The notes: generated by a model from the sequence alone, not told the origin. 64,000 bases of DNA from Styela clava (GCF_964204865.1 NC_135259.1:9238001-9302000); one strand, 5' to 3'; numbered from the stretch's first letter, positions 1 through 13,823 are shown. Program-made: numbers and translations.

Positions 1-212
1 ATAAAAATATTTGGCAAATATTTTCAATGTTGCCTTTTAGTCTAACTTCAGCGAGACTGGAGTGACCGAAAGGGTCGTATAGAGTCTATTTACAAGTAAA
101 TTGCATATCAATATAATTCGAAATAACAAAGTTGTATTGCAAAAAGTATCAGTATGTCATTTCATATGTTTAAAAGTTTCATATGCAGAAAACGGGATTA
201 TTGCATCCCCGT

Positions 213-3200
213 TTAGCTATTGGTACTATTTTCATATTCTATCTCGTAGTCACTGTCATCTTCGCTGAGCAATTCTCGATGTTTTGCTACCAAAGAATGT
301 TGCATTTCCCAAGGTTTCATATAATCGTTTGTTTCCTGAATGTTAAAATATATACTATTTAAAACGACCAGGTAGAGCCGTCCCAGAATCTTCGGTGATA
401 TATGATGCCATCATCCCAGCAATCCTCTACCCCACATGCAAGATTTCAGGCTTTTAACGACATCGTACTGTCGGGACCTGGTTACAGAAACTACCATTTC
501 ATTCAGCCCTGCACGTCTCGTCGATTCCCTTGCTTGAATGCTATTTTAATGTCCAGCCGTTTGTAAGCTACACCCAAACGGACAGACCTATAGCCATAAT
601 GAACGAGAATATTGGTCTCATAGAGAGGAGATCCAATAGCATACTTCATACATTTGTTATGATGTGATAAACTATAAGAGATGATATTGAGCTAAGAGTA
701 ATGGAAGTGAAAAGGGAGTATGCAAGAAAAGAAGCATTTATGTCTTCCAACCTAATCGAACAATATTCAAAACGAGAACATCGGTCGGAGACCGAAGACT
801 TATCGATCTTAGATCGGTAATTAGTTAATAACTCGCTAATTATACGACATAATTAACCCAAAATCGATAGGCGTCTGGTCCGAGGTAAGGTGCATGCACA
901 TGCACAATTTGGAGCAGATTCAACCACGCGTTCGTGAGATATCGCGTTCATCTAACAGACACACACACACACAGACATACAAATACCTATCAATATACTT
1001 ACCGATCTTAAGATCGATAAGTAATAATAAAAAATAAATGATTATTTAAAAAATGACTTACCGTAGGAGAACACATAACTTCATAGTCTTCCATATCATC
1101 CGTTAAAGATGAAATTTGCTCACGTAAAGGTAGTATATCTTTTGCAAATACATAGATAGATTCACTTGTTTTAGTTGTATCAGAAGCAGTCTTATTGTGA
1201 TTGTTCACAACAGCAGTCAGCGTCATGTCGTAATTTGGATTAGTCATACTTCTTACAGATTTTTTCTCCGAGATACCCTTATCTTTGACGATTGGTGGTT
1301 CGTGATAAGTGCCAATTTCTGCTAAATTCAATATCGAAGGATCAATTATTTGTTTTACCCTTGAATCAATGATAGGCGGATACTTTTCTACACGAGAGTT
1401 TGCATCTGGTCGAAAACTTTCGTGCATTTCACGAAAGTCATTTGCTTTTTGCCGCTGTGTAACATCTTTAAATTGTAAATCCTTTAAATTGTATTGCATT
1501 TGGGACCATGATTTCGAAATATCTGAATTAACAGTATGAAATATATTCTTAGGAAGTACGTACAGAAAAATATTAGATAAAATTCTTTGGGTAATCGCAT
1601 TATGAACGAAATGCACATATTTGTCATCAGAATTTTTTTTCATCAGCATAAAATAATAAGCGGCATATAATCATAAACTAAGATGTATAAGTTAAAAATT
1701 ATTTGTTGTTGATTGGTGATATCACATGAATTTACTGAATAATGTTTCTAAAATTAATGTAAAATGTTATAAATTAAGTACCGTCGTTTAAACTCTGATC
1801 ATTCAATTCGGTTTCCTGATATTTTACATCGGCATGCATTGGTGATAACGGTTTTATAGCGGATAGCATCGTCCTCTGCTCTTCAATTAGAGCATGCAAC
1901 TTGCTCTCTGACACGCTTTTTCTCGAATTTCGTTTCTTCTCTACAAACTCTTTCTTCATTCTGATAGAATCGCTGGGCGACAACGACTGCTCTCCGACAA
2001 CATTATTGCTATTATTTCCGTTATAAGTTTGCAGAGGTTGTTGTTTATATCGATGCGGCTTTGGAGGACGTTGTGGTATATCAACGAAATCAAAACTTTC
2101 TTTTTGAAGACTAGGTGATTTGGGGGGTCTCGGTGGTGGGGTTGGGCTATCAGATAAGTACGGCTGTTTTGGCAATGTTGAACAGGTCGGTTGGGATATT
2201 GACGTCTCCAAATTATTCGTTGACCATGATTTTTCATATTCTTTGGGACGCAATGCAAATTCTGGCGATTGGGGTGCCTGCAAATATCGTTAATATGTAA
2301 ATTCAATTGAAGCATTATAATTGTTTCATGATTGTCTGGTAATCTCAATATAATAACAACGGCTCATTCCCCAAATACATTGGATATACTTTTTGACTGG
2401 CTAGTTCGCACTCTTGCATCGTAATATTGTATTGAGTTTAAATTCTAAAATGAATCGAAATTGTATCTAAGTTACACAGTATCATAAAAGGTTATCTATT
2501 TATGAAATTAAAAAAGGATTTATAGAACTTACATCACTACTATATCTCCTTGGGCATTTTTTAAGTCGGTGAAAGTCTGAGTCACTGATCTGTTATATAA
2601 AGCATTTTCATTTCAACAATATAAATTTAATAATAAATTTCTGTTGACTACGAATGTCAGTATTGGCGAGGGTTGAAAAAAGGATACGATAAAGATTTTC
2701 CTATTCAAAAGGATATATATATATATATATTCAATAGAAGGTATGGCGATAAAACATGTACTTTTGCATACGGTCACAAACTTTCACAGACGGCAACGTT
2801 AAAAAGACATTTGCGTTCAGATTGCATGGCATGACATTCACTGGCTTGCCATTGAAGTATAAGCTGAATTGATAATACGAATACTCCGAGTCTCGTGGAT
2901 ATTTGGAATACACAAAATATGAAAAGTCTGATCGTTAATTACAAAGATTGAGAAGGCTGTTTAACCTTGATAAGAATGGCATGTGTATGATTTAAGTCGC
3001 AAAATAATTAAAGTGCACAATTCGGCAATGAATATAATGATTATGGGCATTACGCAGTAGTATTAGTTTATGTCACATTATAAGAAAACTTGGGTGATCT
3101 AGACATTAAAACTTACGAATTCCACTGCTGGAAGTTGTTTCATCAAATCAAACGACGCAGGACGATCAATTTTGTGCGAATCCGGCTCCAAAGCTTGTAC

Positions 3201-6200
3201 GGACAGGTTCGTTCGAAGCAATGCCATTTCAAACGGCTTCTCAGATAGAATTTGACTTGTTGGCGAAATTATATCAACTATCAATGTAGTTTCTGAAGAG
3301 AAGTTGAACTGTGTTATAATCGTAGCTGGAGTTAAAGTATACAACCATAAAAAACTTCAGAAAGAATGTGAAGACAAATAGTTACACCAAGTTTATGTGC
3401 ATAGTCAAAGAATTGAATTGAAGAGCTAAAACAACGCAATGTATCGCTTATTGATAATTAGTGATAATATTGAATACGGGCGATGGCGCAAAAGAAATGC
3501 AGGCTCGAGGTTTGACATTTTAGGTTTTATTTGGTCCCAATTCAGTTGCTCACTTGTACACTTTTAACGCCAATATGATCACGGTACGGGATGCGGTGGC
3601 AAAATCGCTATCTTCGACAAAAAATAAACCATAATTTTCTTTGTTACCTGTGACCACTTCTAAAACAGTTAAAGTTTGTCGTTTTGCTAACTGGTCATAG
3701 CCAAGAGAAGAATCGCTGTTTGTAATTTGTACTTTGCACGGCAGGGTTGCATTCAATAAATTTTCTACTCTTGTTACAGGTGTACCCAGACCTTGGGGCA
3801 GTCTGAATGAAACGTAAGTGTTATAAATGTTCATCAGTCTCTAGTTGTGTAGTTGTGCAATATAAATTTTCATCCAGGAAGTTTCAGATCACAGTAACGT
3901 TAATATGGGTGATTGGGAATTCCGAGGTCAGTTTCTCAGGAAAGGTCTCATCTAGTCTAGAATACTAAAAATGTTCCTCAATTCGTTGTGTTCATACAAC
4001 TTAAATAATCCCAGTCTCAGCACAAATTTTCACAATTGTTAACTGCAATAGAATGCTAGTATTACTTACACCTCGTCTACACGATTGGCTAAATCAACAG
4101 GCATTAAAATAAATAAATAAAATGTCAAAATCCATATTACATTTTCAAAGTTCCTTGGTATGATGTATCAACTAAAAATTTCTGTGAGCGAGAGCAACAC
4201 ATCACGAATTTCTTTGAAGTTAGTGCGCGATATACGACAATTCTGCTTCCTTCCAGTATATTGGTCTGTGTAACAAACAGACAAAATGAGTTGTTGAAAT
4301 TGTTAAGGTAGAGTAAATTAAGTAAATTAAATTGAAAGATATACAAAACTGACGCAGAACAAAAGCAGGGTTTTCATGGTGGTGATACCAACGAAGTTTT
4401 CTGGTTTTTCCGATTTTTTGGAGACATTGTGGTATTTGTGGGCAGTATGGCTGGGACCTAGCGAAGATATTTGGATGAAATATTACTGAAAGTGTTTTTC
4501 TTCCCCTCCGATGAAAAAAATATTCATTGAGGTGAAATGGAATATCACAATATATCAATGTATGAATTTAATGTTTTGTCGCTCACTTTCACACAGTTCA
4601 AACTGAAGCCATTGGCATCATAGTTTAGATGTGAATGATTAGCTAGACAATCTGCGCAGCTATTTTAACCATGTATACATAAATATACACAAACAAAGGT
4701 TTTATTTGCAGTACGTTGAGTTCTGATTGCATCATTAGATGTTAAACAAACGAATTCAGTAAACTAAAACGATTGCCTAATCTAATATATATAATGACTA
4801 TTGCAAATGAAATGATTTTTACTGCTTTGCCATATTGTGAAAATCCTATTGAGATTTCCAATTTGAAGTTTACAAAGACAAGGTCAGACACCAGAAAGAT
4901 AATCATTTAACAATACTTTATATTTAATCGCACTGAAAATGCACTTTGTACGAAAATATAGGCTAAGGAAGAAACTTAAATATGGCAAAAACCTATGCTG
5001 GTCAACTACTGGGAAGGGGGACCCGTGATTAAGTATAACGGTATTTAATACAGAAGACAGAAAAAAAGAAAATTATATTATTAAAAAGGTGCGCAATTTT
5101 TGATGACATCATCGCTACACAAAACGAATCCTATAGAGATCAGAGAAATTTCTGAAATTTATAAAAGTAATAATCACTGCAAATTGGTCAAGTAGGTAAA
5201 AAAAAACGATTTTTTTCACAACAACAACAACAATTTTAACAACAAAAACAAGATAATAACATCTGTATCTACAAAAGTAGGAATTTGAGCACTCAAGTAA
5301 GGTAACCAACTAACCATATAATCAGAGCATCGCAAAGGCACAGTAGCACTGAATACAGTGCCCAAGAGCATAGCTTTGTTTGCTTTAGGGGGCCATACCT
5401 TAAATCTAGTAGAAGCCAAAAGACGTTTTTTATTCAGGTCACTGCAAAATGTTATCCACTCGTTAGCTCGAGGGCAAACGGAGCGAGAAAGGAATAATAT
5501 GAGAATTTTCGCCGAAATCTACTTGCAGTGGGTGATCTTTATAAGATCCTAGCATTACATATTATATGTGCAAGACTGGGAGAGTATCATCATATGATGC
5601 CCGAAAAGTATAACGATAAAGGCCATATTTCGATGTAGTAAAACGTATTAAAACTCTGTACATCAATTTAGGACAATTTCGCCAAATATACCTGCTGTCT
5701 TAGTCCGGTAGAAACTGTACCCGCTGTTACCATAAGCAGTAGGGGTTCTCCTATTTCTGTTACAAATTCGAGCGGGAGTTCATTCAGTGGGCCAGAGAAT
5801 ATTTCAGCAGCACTCAAACCTCGTGATTTTTTTCTGCTCAATTCACTATACATTGATTCAGCAATAGACGCTTCGTCAGCAGATATAACTTGTATCTAAA
5901 AGACAATAAGGAAGTGTTAGTTTCAAACGTGATCTCTTACGCCAAAGTAATGTTTGTTAGGAAGATTGTTTGAAACAAGCAACAAGGTAAACCAATTATT
6001 TCCAAATGTGCAAGTCTTATTTCTTACATACAAAACTTCTGACTGGTTCTGGATTACTTTTATCTTTGAATGATTTTTATAAACGGCTTGAATGAGAATT
6101 CATCGACTTGGCAAAGTCACAAGCTCACTGGATGACAAATAAAGCGCCTGGACTTTCACCTCAGGTGGAATGAGTATATTGAGAAGTATAACTAGTTTTG

Positions 6201-9200
6201 TTATTAAAACTGAGTTGAAGGCCGTGTCATTTACTGCCATGCTAATGCAAATATTTATTTGGGGGAGCTAAAGTATATCTACTTTTAAAAAATCAAACAA
6301 CGTCATTTTAAAAATAAAACAGAAACAAATAATTTGAAGTTTGCTTGTTATCTGAATGTAACACAGTAGTCATCAGAAAGTTTTGTTGGTACTCATGAAA
6401 TTACAATTAAACCCATGCATGTAAATTTGTCTTTCACGCATTTTTTTTTTATTTCATATCAACTTTATATCATTGTTCACGATTTTGTTCAAATAAAAAG
6501 TGAAGTTGCCTCTCAATATAAGATTTACCGGGTACAAATATGAGATTACTTAGTATAGTTTAATACATCAGACAATTTGAAAATCCTTGTTATTAAAATG
6601 ATGATAAAACCTTCCCTCTACCAATAAACTATTACCTGGTTGTTCAATGTTCATTTTGCCGTCAGAAATGATTGGGACATTATTAAACAACCGAATTATG
6701 TTGTAATGCTTTATTAGTCAACTCGTATAAAAAAATAATTTCTCTGAAAAGCCAAACTAAATATGTGAACAATAGTGGCTAGATATTTTTGGATATTGAA
6801 GCGAATATCTTCTAACGGTTTTTTTTGTTTGACTTTTTATAAATGGGAGTTTATTTGAATAATCAAATGCCATTGGCAAACAAATATCATAAAATGATTT
6901 TTATTGTAAAATCTACAAAAATATTTCAACCAACCATTAGCTTTGCTGATTCTGGCAAGAAGAATTCTTTCGAATCAAACATAATATTTTTGATCCTAAT
7001 CTTTTGAAATGGTTTTAGAAGTAGTTTTTTATCCCACCAAGTAGGGGGTATTAAGCTACGATCCTCTGAATTCTTTGGTGTAATGTTTTCTTCAGCTTTG
7101 ATTCTTCCACTACAAAAACAAATAACTGAAAAGTTCAGACCCACTCTGTTTTTACCCAGAACATCTCAAAGAGACATTTTCCTGCTTGTATAGGCTTGTT
7201 CTTACACGACGAATGATTGCCAAGTGCGCGTTGAATGTTTAATTTATTTTATTTGTTATTATTAAAAGTTATTCGATGAAAAATTACAAGTATCTCACTA
7301 GAAACAATTTTGAAAAATGGAAGAATTCAAAAGTACGAAAATATTTGCCTGATGGGTTGTTGCTTATTCTTTTTGTCTTTCTTCTTTGCGCTGGGCTTGT
7401 TGATGATATCATAATCTTTGTAAGTGACTTGTGAACATAGTTTTACTCTAAAAAGATTTTTTTATTTAGATTTGTTTCAACCGTTTCACAAACTGTATAG
7501 GTAATAGGTGATATATATTATATTCGGCGTTTTAGGTATTATATATAATATTTTTTCTATAATTTGTATGAGAATTACTATTCTGTAATTTTTACCGTTT
7601 TCACGGTAAATACTAAAAGGAGTAAACTCATTATTATAATGAATCAGTCATGTGCATACCGCTCAGCCAATTTAAATGATTTGCACTATATTATGCTTTC
7701 CAGTGACTACATAAATACACTAAAATATTGTTATCCTTACGTAAATGGTGGCCGACCCGGTTTCCAAGCTCTGACAAACTCTCGTGCACTCAATCCATCT
7801 GGTGTACCTGTCGGGGAAATAATTAAAATGTATAATCTACGGCAAGCATTTCATGTGTCATATTTCTACTTTAATCATTATTCAATGAATGCTTGATGAA
7901 AACAATTACATGGAAACTAATATTAAACTGAATAATAAAAATGGTGAAATTCAACGTGAATATTCAATATCAAATATTTACCAAGTTTTTAGTGACCTAA
8001 AATCTCAGTACCTCAAGCTCTCGTTTCGCGATTTATTTTATATTCGGTTTGTAGATGAGCAAAATTATAAACAAATATTGCACACGATTGGCGTATAAGT
8101 AAGCGATCATAATTTTGGAATCACAGCACTCTGCTTGGAGCAAATTATCACAATGATTGAAAGGAAAATTCGAACAGCTTTCATATACAGATAACTTACT
8201 TTTGAAGCAGTCACTGGGCACTTGTTGAAAAAGTACGTTTATTGATGCAGGAAGGAGAAACTGACCTTCTGTTTTCATTGAACGAACACTCAATATTTCA
8301 TTTCCTGTTAGTGTGTCTTGCACCTTAAAATAAATAAATTACCACCTTTTGAAGTACATTTTTGCATAATATATGACATCTTCCTAGGATTAATTCTACG
8401 GTGATGCTTGTACAGTTGTATTCAATTCTTCAATAAGTTTAGTTTAAAAATTCGCGTTTAAATTACACTGACTTTTGTAAACTAGGAAGTGACATGGGTG
8501 TGTTTATATGAACAACACAATTGCTGTTATTTATGTAAAGTTCTCTATAGGACAGCATGAGATTATATACCTGGTCAAGAATCTCCAATCTTTCCCTAGC
8601 TCGTACAATTTTGTCGTGTAGAAGGATATCAGTCATTGGATAAATCACCCTATTTACTGCCGGAAGAGTGTCAAGAACATCTTGAACTGATTGGAAAATA
8701 TGACCAATCGGGTACGTTGGACAAAGAAGGAATTTTCCGTTGTATTCCAGTGGCAATACAATTTCCAAGTCGTCTATATTTTCACTCGCTGATTTCCATT
8801 CTAGAGGAGTTGAAAGTCTTCTTTCTTTTTTCTCATATTCATTGACAGTTAGACCTAAATCACCAGCGCATTTGTTAAATTTGTTATTTTAATCGAGAAT
8901 ATTTTAATATTAGCTTTTCTGCGTGAAAATGATATTGAACTGTTTTTGTAATATATCAAGCTAACTAAAATTCAAATACCACTTTTTGTAAGGTTCGCAT
9001 AAAATACAGATTTAAGCATGAAATTTAACGTTTTTCTTCACATTGATTTCACTATAATCCAAAAAAAATCAATTCTGCTTAATACGCTTAAATCAAGTTA
9101 TTAAAACATTCAATAAGTTGACAAATATGTTGGTTAGGTACTGGACAATGAACATACTGGCTTCCTACAGAATTTTCGATTATGGAAATAGTTTTCCGTC

Positions 9201-10705
9201 CTATTTTGACACTGATTGATATAGACATAGATAATGACAATGTTGGTATGGACAATATATCTAATAATAGGGTTGTACTGTAAAATATGGTTCTTTGTCT
9301 CAAGACGTGCAATGCCACACAGAATTCCTTACTTTAATTTTGTCAATGTAAGAGAGTCTCAAACCCAACAACTCAACAGTGCATAAGTGTAAAATTATAT
9401 TGCTGAATACTATATATATGTATATATATACATATACAATAGAATAACTACAGGGTAACTCAAAAAAACAGAACCTATAAGTTTGTTACTGACTTATACA
9501 AAAATGAAAAAATTCATTAGATTTTATTTATGCTTCAATTTTTGTTTGGGCATAATTGTATCCAAAAGTTTAGGAATATAAGAAGCTGCGAACAAAAGTT
9601 ATGTTCTATCTAGAATATGTTTTGAATAACCTAGGCATAGGAGAATTTCTTGCGTTGCGAAAAATTATCAAATCATTCACACACTCTATGAAAATTTTAT
9701 GAGTTTCGTTGCAATTGCAGTTTTGAATTCATCTATTGTTTGGGAAATGTTCTGATACACATTTTCCCTCGAATGCCCCCACATATAAAAATTTGAGGTG
9801 TTCAAGTCCAATGACGCTCTCTAGCCAGTAAAGTACGTGATTTGATATGGAGGGGTTTGCCCTGTCTTCCTGGGACCACTAATCAACCAAATCGATCCCT
9901 CTATACTTGGTCGTTCAAATGATGCCCAGCACTTTCTCAGTGCCGTCAAATAATGTTCCATACTCGCGCTTTAATTTCGTCTTCAAACCACTATGGATCA
10001 GTTATGCAGTGTTTGGAAATTGCTTCCCATACTGCACACTGTACTGAGTGTAACGTTTTTTGTATGTAATCAAAATTTTTACAATCGACATACCCAGGCA
10101 GCAGAAAGTGCAATTAAGCAGAAAGCTGAGTGGGTAATTGAAAATTTTGATACAAGTCTGTCTCCTATGCATAAGAGAAATTTTGAACAAATTCTAGAGA
10201 GAACATAACACAAACAGAAGTTCAAGTGAAAAAAAAAATCAAATAATTCATTCCATCATCACGGAAGTAACTAGAAAATTCATGGGTTCCTTTTTTATGG
10301 GATTTATCCTGTATATAAAGTCCACATATTTGACCATCACTTTCTTGTTTTAAAAAGAGTAAAACAGTAAGTTGAATAATCTCAACATGCCTCAATAAAA
10401 ATGGAAATAAATATCATAACCTACCGACTGCTTGGCGCTTCAATGATATTTCATCGGTGCTGATTTCGTGAATAAATACCTCGTCGCCCGATCTCACATT
10501 TGGAACGCTGGGCTCGGCAACAATGACTTTTGCATGAATGGGCCTATTTGATTCCTGCTTTGCTCGATATTCGAACTGCCAAAAAATATGCAGATAAATC
10601 ATTCTTAAATTTGTTATCATGCTATTTATTATAATCTTATGGATCAATTTGTTAAAAACCTACCACTTCTTCCCAGGTGATAACTCCTTTTCTCGACGCC
10701 TTCAT
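213..10705 (-). CDS. Tandem CABIT-domain signalling adaptor, THEMIS/GAREM family (THEMIS-like architecture), ~916 aa, 15 coding exons
   Basis: Phase-consistent GT-AG exons on the minus strand: 10705-10664 (MKASRKGVITWEEV), 10575-10425, 8800-8571, 8323-8200, 7807-7741, 7109-6935, 5895-5692, 4265-4141, 3802-3554, ~3425-3388, ~3325-3117, 2589-2533, 2277-1782, 1522-1062, 335-213 (TAA). CABIT-like segments include EIVLPLEYNGKFLL...FQSVQDVLDTLP and GQFLLPASINVLF, with a second copy FLVDTSYQGTLKIL...TRVENLLNATLPCKVQI. PPPRPPK lies at ~2120-2140. The junctions around 3325-3425 are the least certain. Confidence 0.8.
768..1026. mobile_element. Short non-autonomous Helentron/HINE (DINE-1)-like interspersed element in an intron
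   Basis: Asymmetric subterminal inverted repeat acttatcgatcttagatcggtaa (798-820) versus ttaccgatcttaagatcgataagt (999-1022), a small hairpin tcggtc-gga-gaccga (781-795) and an internal (CA)n tract (~958-975); no TSD seen. Confidence 0.5.
5086..5175. repeat. Dispersed repeat fragment, related copy at ~23506-23605
   Basis: aaggtgcgcaattt..tgatgacatcatc..acacaaaa..gatc..aaattt.tgaaat.tataaaag.aataa is shared between the two loci. Confidence 0.5.
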
Positions 10706-10849
10706 GGCAAGATATACTGCATTGAAATTGAGTTCAAAAATAGACCAGGATATTAAATCGATTGAAAACGTTTACTATGGTATAAAAAGTCTGCCAAATA
10801 CGTTTAGCTATACGAACGGATATCGAAACTGAATAAAAAAAAACGATTC

Positions 10850-11287
10850 CACTCTGGTATGCTATCTCTACGTCTTAAAACTACTCTGGTACGTGATATC
10901 ACTTGCTTAACGTGATCTCCATCGCATACCAAAGTGGAACCAATTGGGGTATAAGTTTAATCTGGTTCCATTTCATTCGAACCCATAATTTGAACCCATG
11001 ACATTTGCACCTGCATGCTATTGCACCTATGAAAATTTGCACCTACGGATATTTGAACCCATACCAATTACCAACCCTAACCCATGAATTTAAGCACCCA
11101 CATATAGCTTAAACCCGCGGATATACGGGTGCAAATGTATGGGTTCAAATGTGCTGTCACCGCTTAATCTCATCAAGACATTCTCATAGAATTCAGTTAC
11201 TAACTCTAACACTGTCATGGTTGGTTTGGGCCTAGGTTAATACTGATATCACTGAGATCCCACACGCTGAGATCGAATACCAGAGTG
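10850..11287. mobile_element. MITE-like element containing a nested insertion
   Basis: Terminal inverted repeat cactctggtat (10850-10860) / ataccagagtg (11277-11287); TSD not resolved. Confidence 0.45.
10964..11161. mobile_element. Nested GG...CC MITE with internal tttgaaccc/tttgcacc repeats and a CCTAACCC motif
   Basis: Flanked by near-identical gtttaatct (10955-10963) / gcttaatct (11162-11170); the left-arm repeats are mirrored by gggtgcaaatg and gggttcaaatg on the right arm. Confidence 0.55.
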
Positions 11288-13823
11288 ACACAAGAAACTT
11301 TTATAGTTGTCTATCTTGCACTGATACACATACATATTAATACAATATCAGTTCATTTTAGGATTTTATCGCTTTCCTTGATTGGCCACACACTGGGTAC
11401 GCGGTGATGTGAGAATTAGTCGGTTTTCTTCATTTTTACACGTGTGGTAGTAAAAATAAGTTAGTTCTCTCAAAAGCTTGCGTGATTCAAAATCTAGTGT
11501 AACTGCTGTGACTCATTGAACTATCGTGTCACTATTGTGTGCAGCCCATTTACATTGCCATGCAATGTAGTTGTCTAAAAAGTAAGCATAATTCCCCTCA
11601 AGTAGGCAATTTTTAAAATGAAGTCATCACTAGCGTATTGTGTGATGTTACATGAATGGCTTTCTGTGCGGTGGGAATTTTTTCATAGTATCACATATCT
11701 AGCAAACCTGATGTTGAACCAAAAGCGAAATCACGCATTATTCTAAACTTAAATAACTGCTGTATTAATGCAAAAATACCGAAGATGATCTGCAAATAAT
11801 AATATTGCATTACAAATCGTATTTGCATTTATTATATATTACATCCTATTTACGAATAAATTTTTTGATAACATAAAATATCACATAATGACTGGCTACA
11901 AAGAAAGCTAAAGGATGATACTTTGTTGTGTTGGCCTCTGCTGAGTTTTAAATATTTAACCCTACCAATATTGTTCTATCCATCTAATAATTCCACGCTA
12001 TAACCTCAAAATATGCATGAATGTGGCAAAAGCAAGAATGATTTTTGTTACCGTAAAACATTAGCAATAATCAGAAACAATCTATAAAAATACGCTATAT
12101 TGAATTTCATTTGCGAACGGATTATACAAGCAGAAACTGAAAATTTGTGGCCCATATTCCTGACAAACCATCCTGCCAATAATATTCCTACTTATACGAC
12201 AGTGTGAATTATCCAAAACTTATGATAATACATTTCTCTGAGCATATGTCTCGAAAGTTATAACAAAGACGGAACTCCCACACGACAAGTAGTCTATTCT
12301 GCGACGCATCATATCTCGTCGCACGTCTGAATTCCCGATGTTAACCGGAACTGAGTTAGCTGGTGGTTTCTATGTGCTCACAAGACGCTTATAAATAGAC
12401 TGAAAGGTTCGTACTGACTGAATCAATGCTTCAATGGCTTCATCTTGCTACGGTTGGTTGCGCTGTTCAAATATTTCTGTGTAACTAAGGGTATCCATTA
12501 TTTTATAGCTGACTAGATGTCATGTTACGAACGCATTATCAATTGTATAATGATTTGTATGAAAATTTATTATTGGTTTTCTGTCGCTCTGCCTGCTGTG
12601 GTGTGTGTCTCAAGTTACATTTCAAAATCAAATATATATATCATGACGGATAAATCATTATTAACATATTATCTTAATTTGATATTACATTCGTTGCCCT
12701 TTCGTCTGCTACAATTTGAGAACATAGTTCTTTTGTATCAAAATTGGATACGTATTGCTCATTATCCACTTAGGTTGAACTGGTTAAAACATTGTGGATT
12801 GTTCCAATGAGTTTCCGGATTTTAATGTAAATCTTCGTCATCTATATCAAATTCATAATCAGTATTATATAGTTCAATATGGGTTAAAAATATACAGACT
12901 ATAATATATTTTGTTCAGTTATATACTTATATTAATATATATATAGAAACTACAATATAGTTAAATTTACATGTAGAAAATAGAAGACTTCATTTCCGGA
13001 ATAAATACATATTGTTGTACCTGTAGTAAGCTCTATACGAGAATATGAAAAATCGACCATATATCATTTCGATACTTAAATAATAATTCCTATTGAATAT
13101 TAATTTTAGTGAAAAAGTTCCAGAAAATATTTTAAATAAAACATTGCAATTGCTATTCAATCTCTAACGTAGAACATAAAAAAAGAATAATTGCCATTCC
13201 ACAAATTAAAAAGTAACCACATCTGTATTTGGTACATCTTAATTTGCGTATTTACTTGTTTCGACGTCATTATTTAAGGATTCAAGAAGTGCCTGGCAAA
13301 TCATCGTCTGGCAAATCATCGGAGTTTCCAATTTTTTACCAAGCTTTTAGGATTCCTCATAGTTATTGTACTTATGATCACTTCAACTTTTTCATCACAA
13401 TGTCTAAAAGACAGTTCTAGAAAACACAAGAAAATAATGCCAAAATGGTTGTAAAAGAAAAGGGAGATGCTTATGAATTTTCTTTGAAAAATTCCAGATC
13501 AAGCAATGTTCAAACCTGCTTAAGCTCATGTTCTTTTCATTTATATTTTTTTTTTCATATTTAGTTGAAGTGACGTTTACTAAATATCGGATTTGTTAAT
13601 TTTGCCCCGGATGAACAAAATCCGCCAAGGCAAATTTAATGTTTCATAATGTACAGCTATTGTAAATAAAAATATTATCCCAATGCTTTTTTGCTGATGG
13701 CACTGTAAAAAATTCAAAGTACATATAGAAAACAATGGTTACTTCTACAGCGTGGAAATTACTGCATCAACAGTCAGTATAGTGATAGAGCAAGTGTTCC
13801 CTTTTTAGTTTAGAAGCGAGAAA

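Noticed and set aside
9820-9962. Minus-strand ISGPRKTGQT as a Walker A motif
   Set aside because: Lacks the invariant Lys, sits in a 46-codon ORF, and has no other NTPase motifs.
12391-13420. TATA box plus signal-peptide-like ORF (MLQWLHLATVGCAVQIFLC) as a small secreted gene
   Set aside because: The ORF stops after 20 codons and I could not find a phase-compatible downstream exon.
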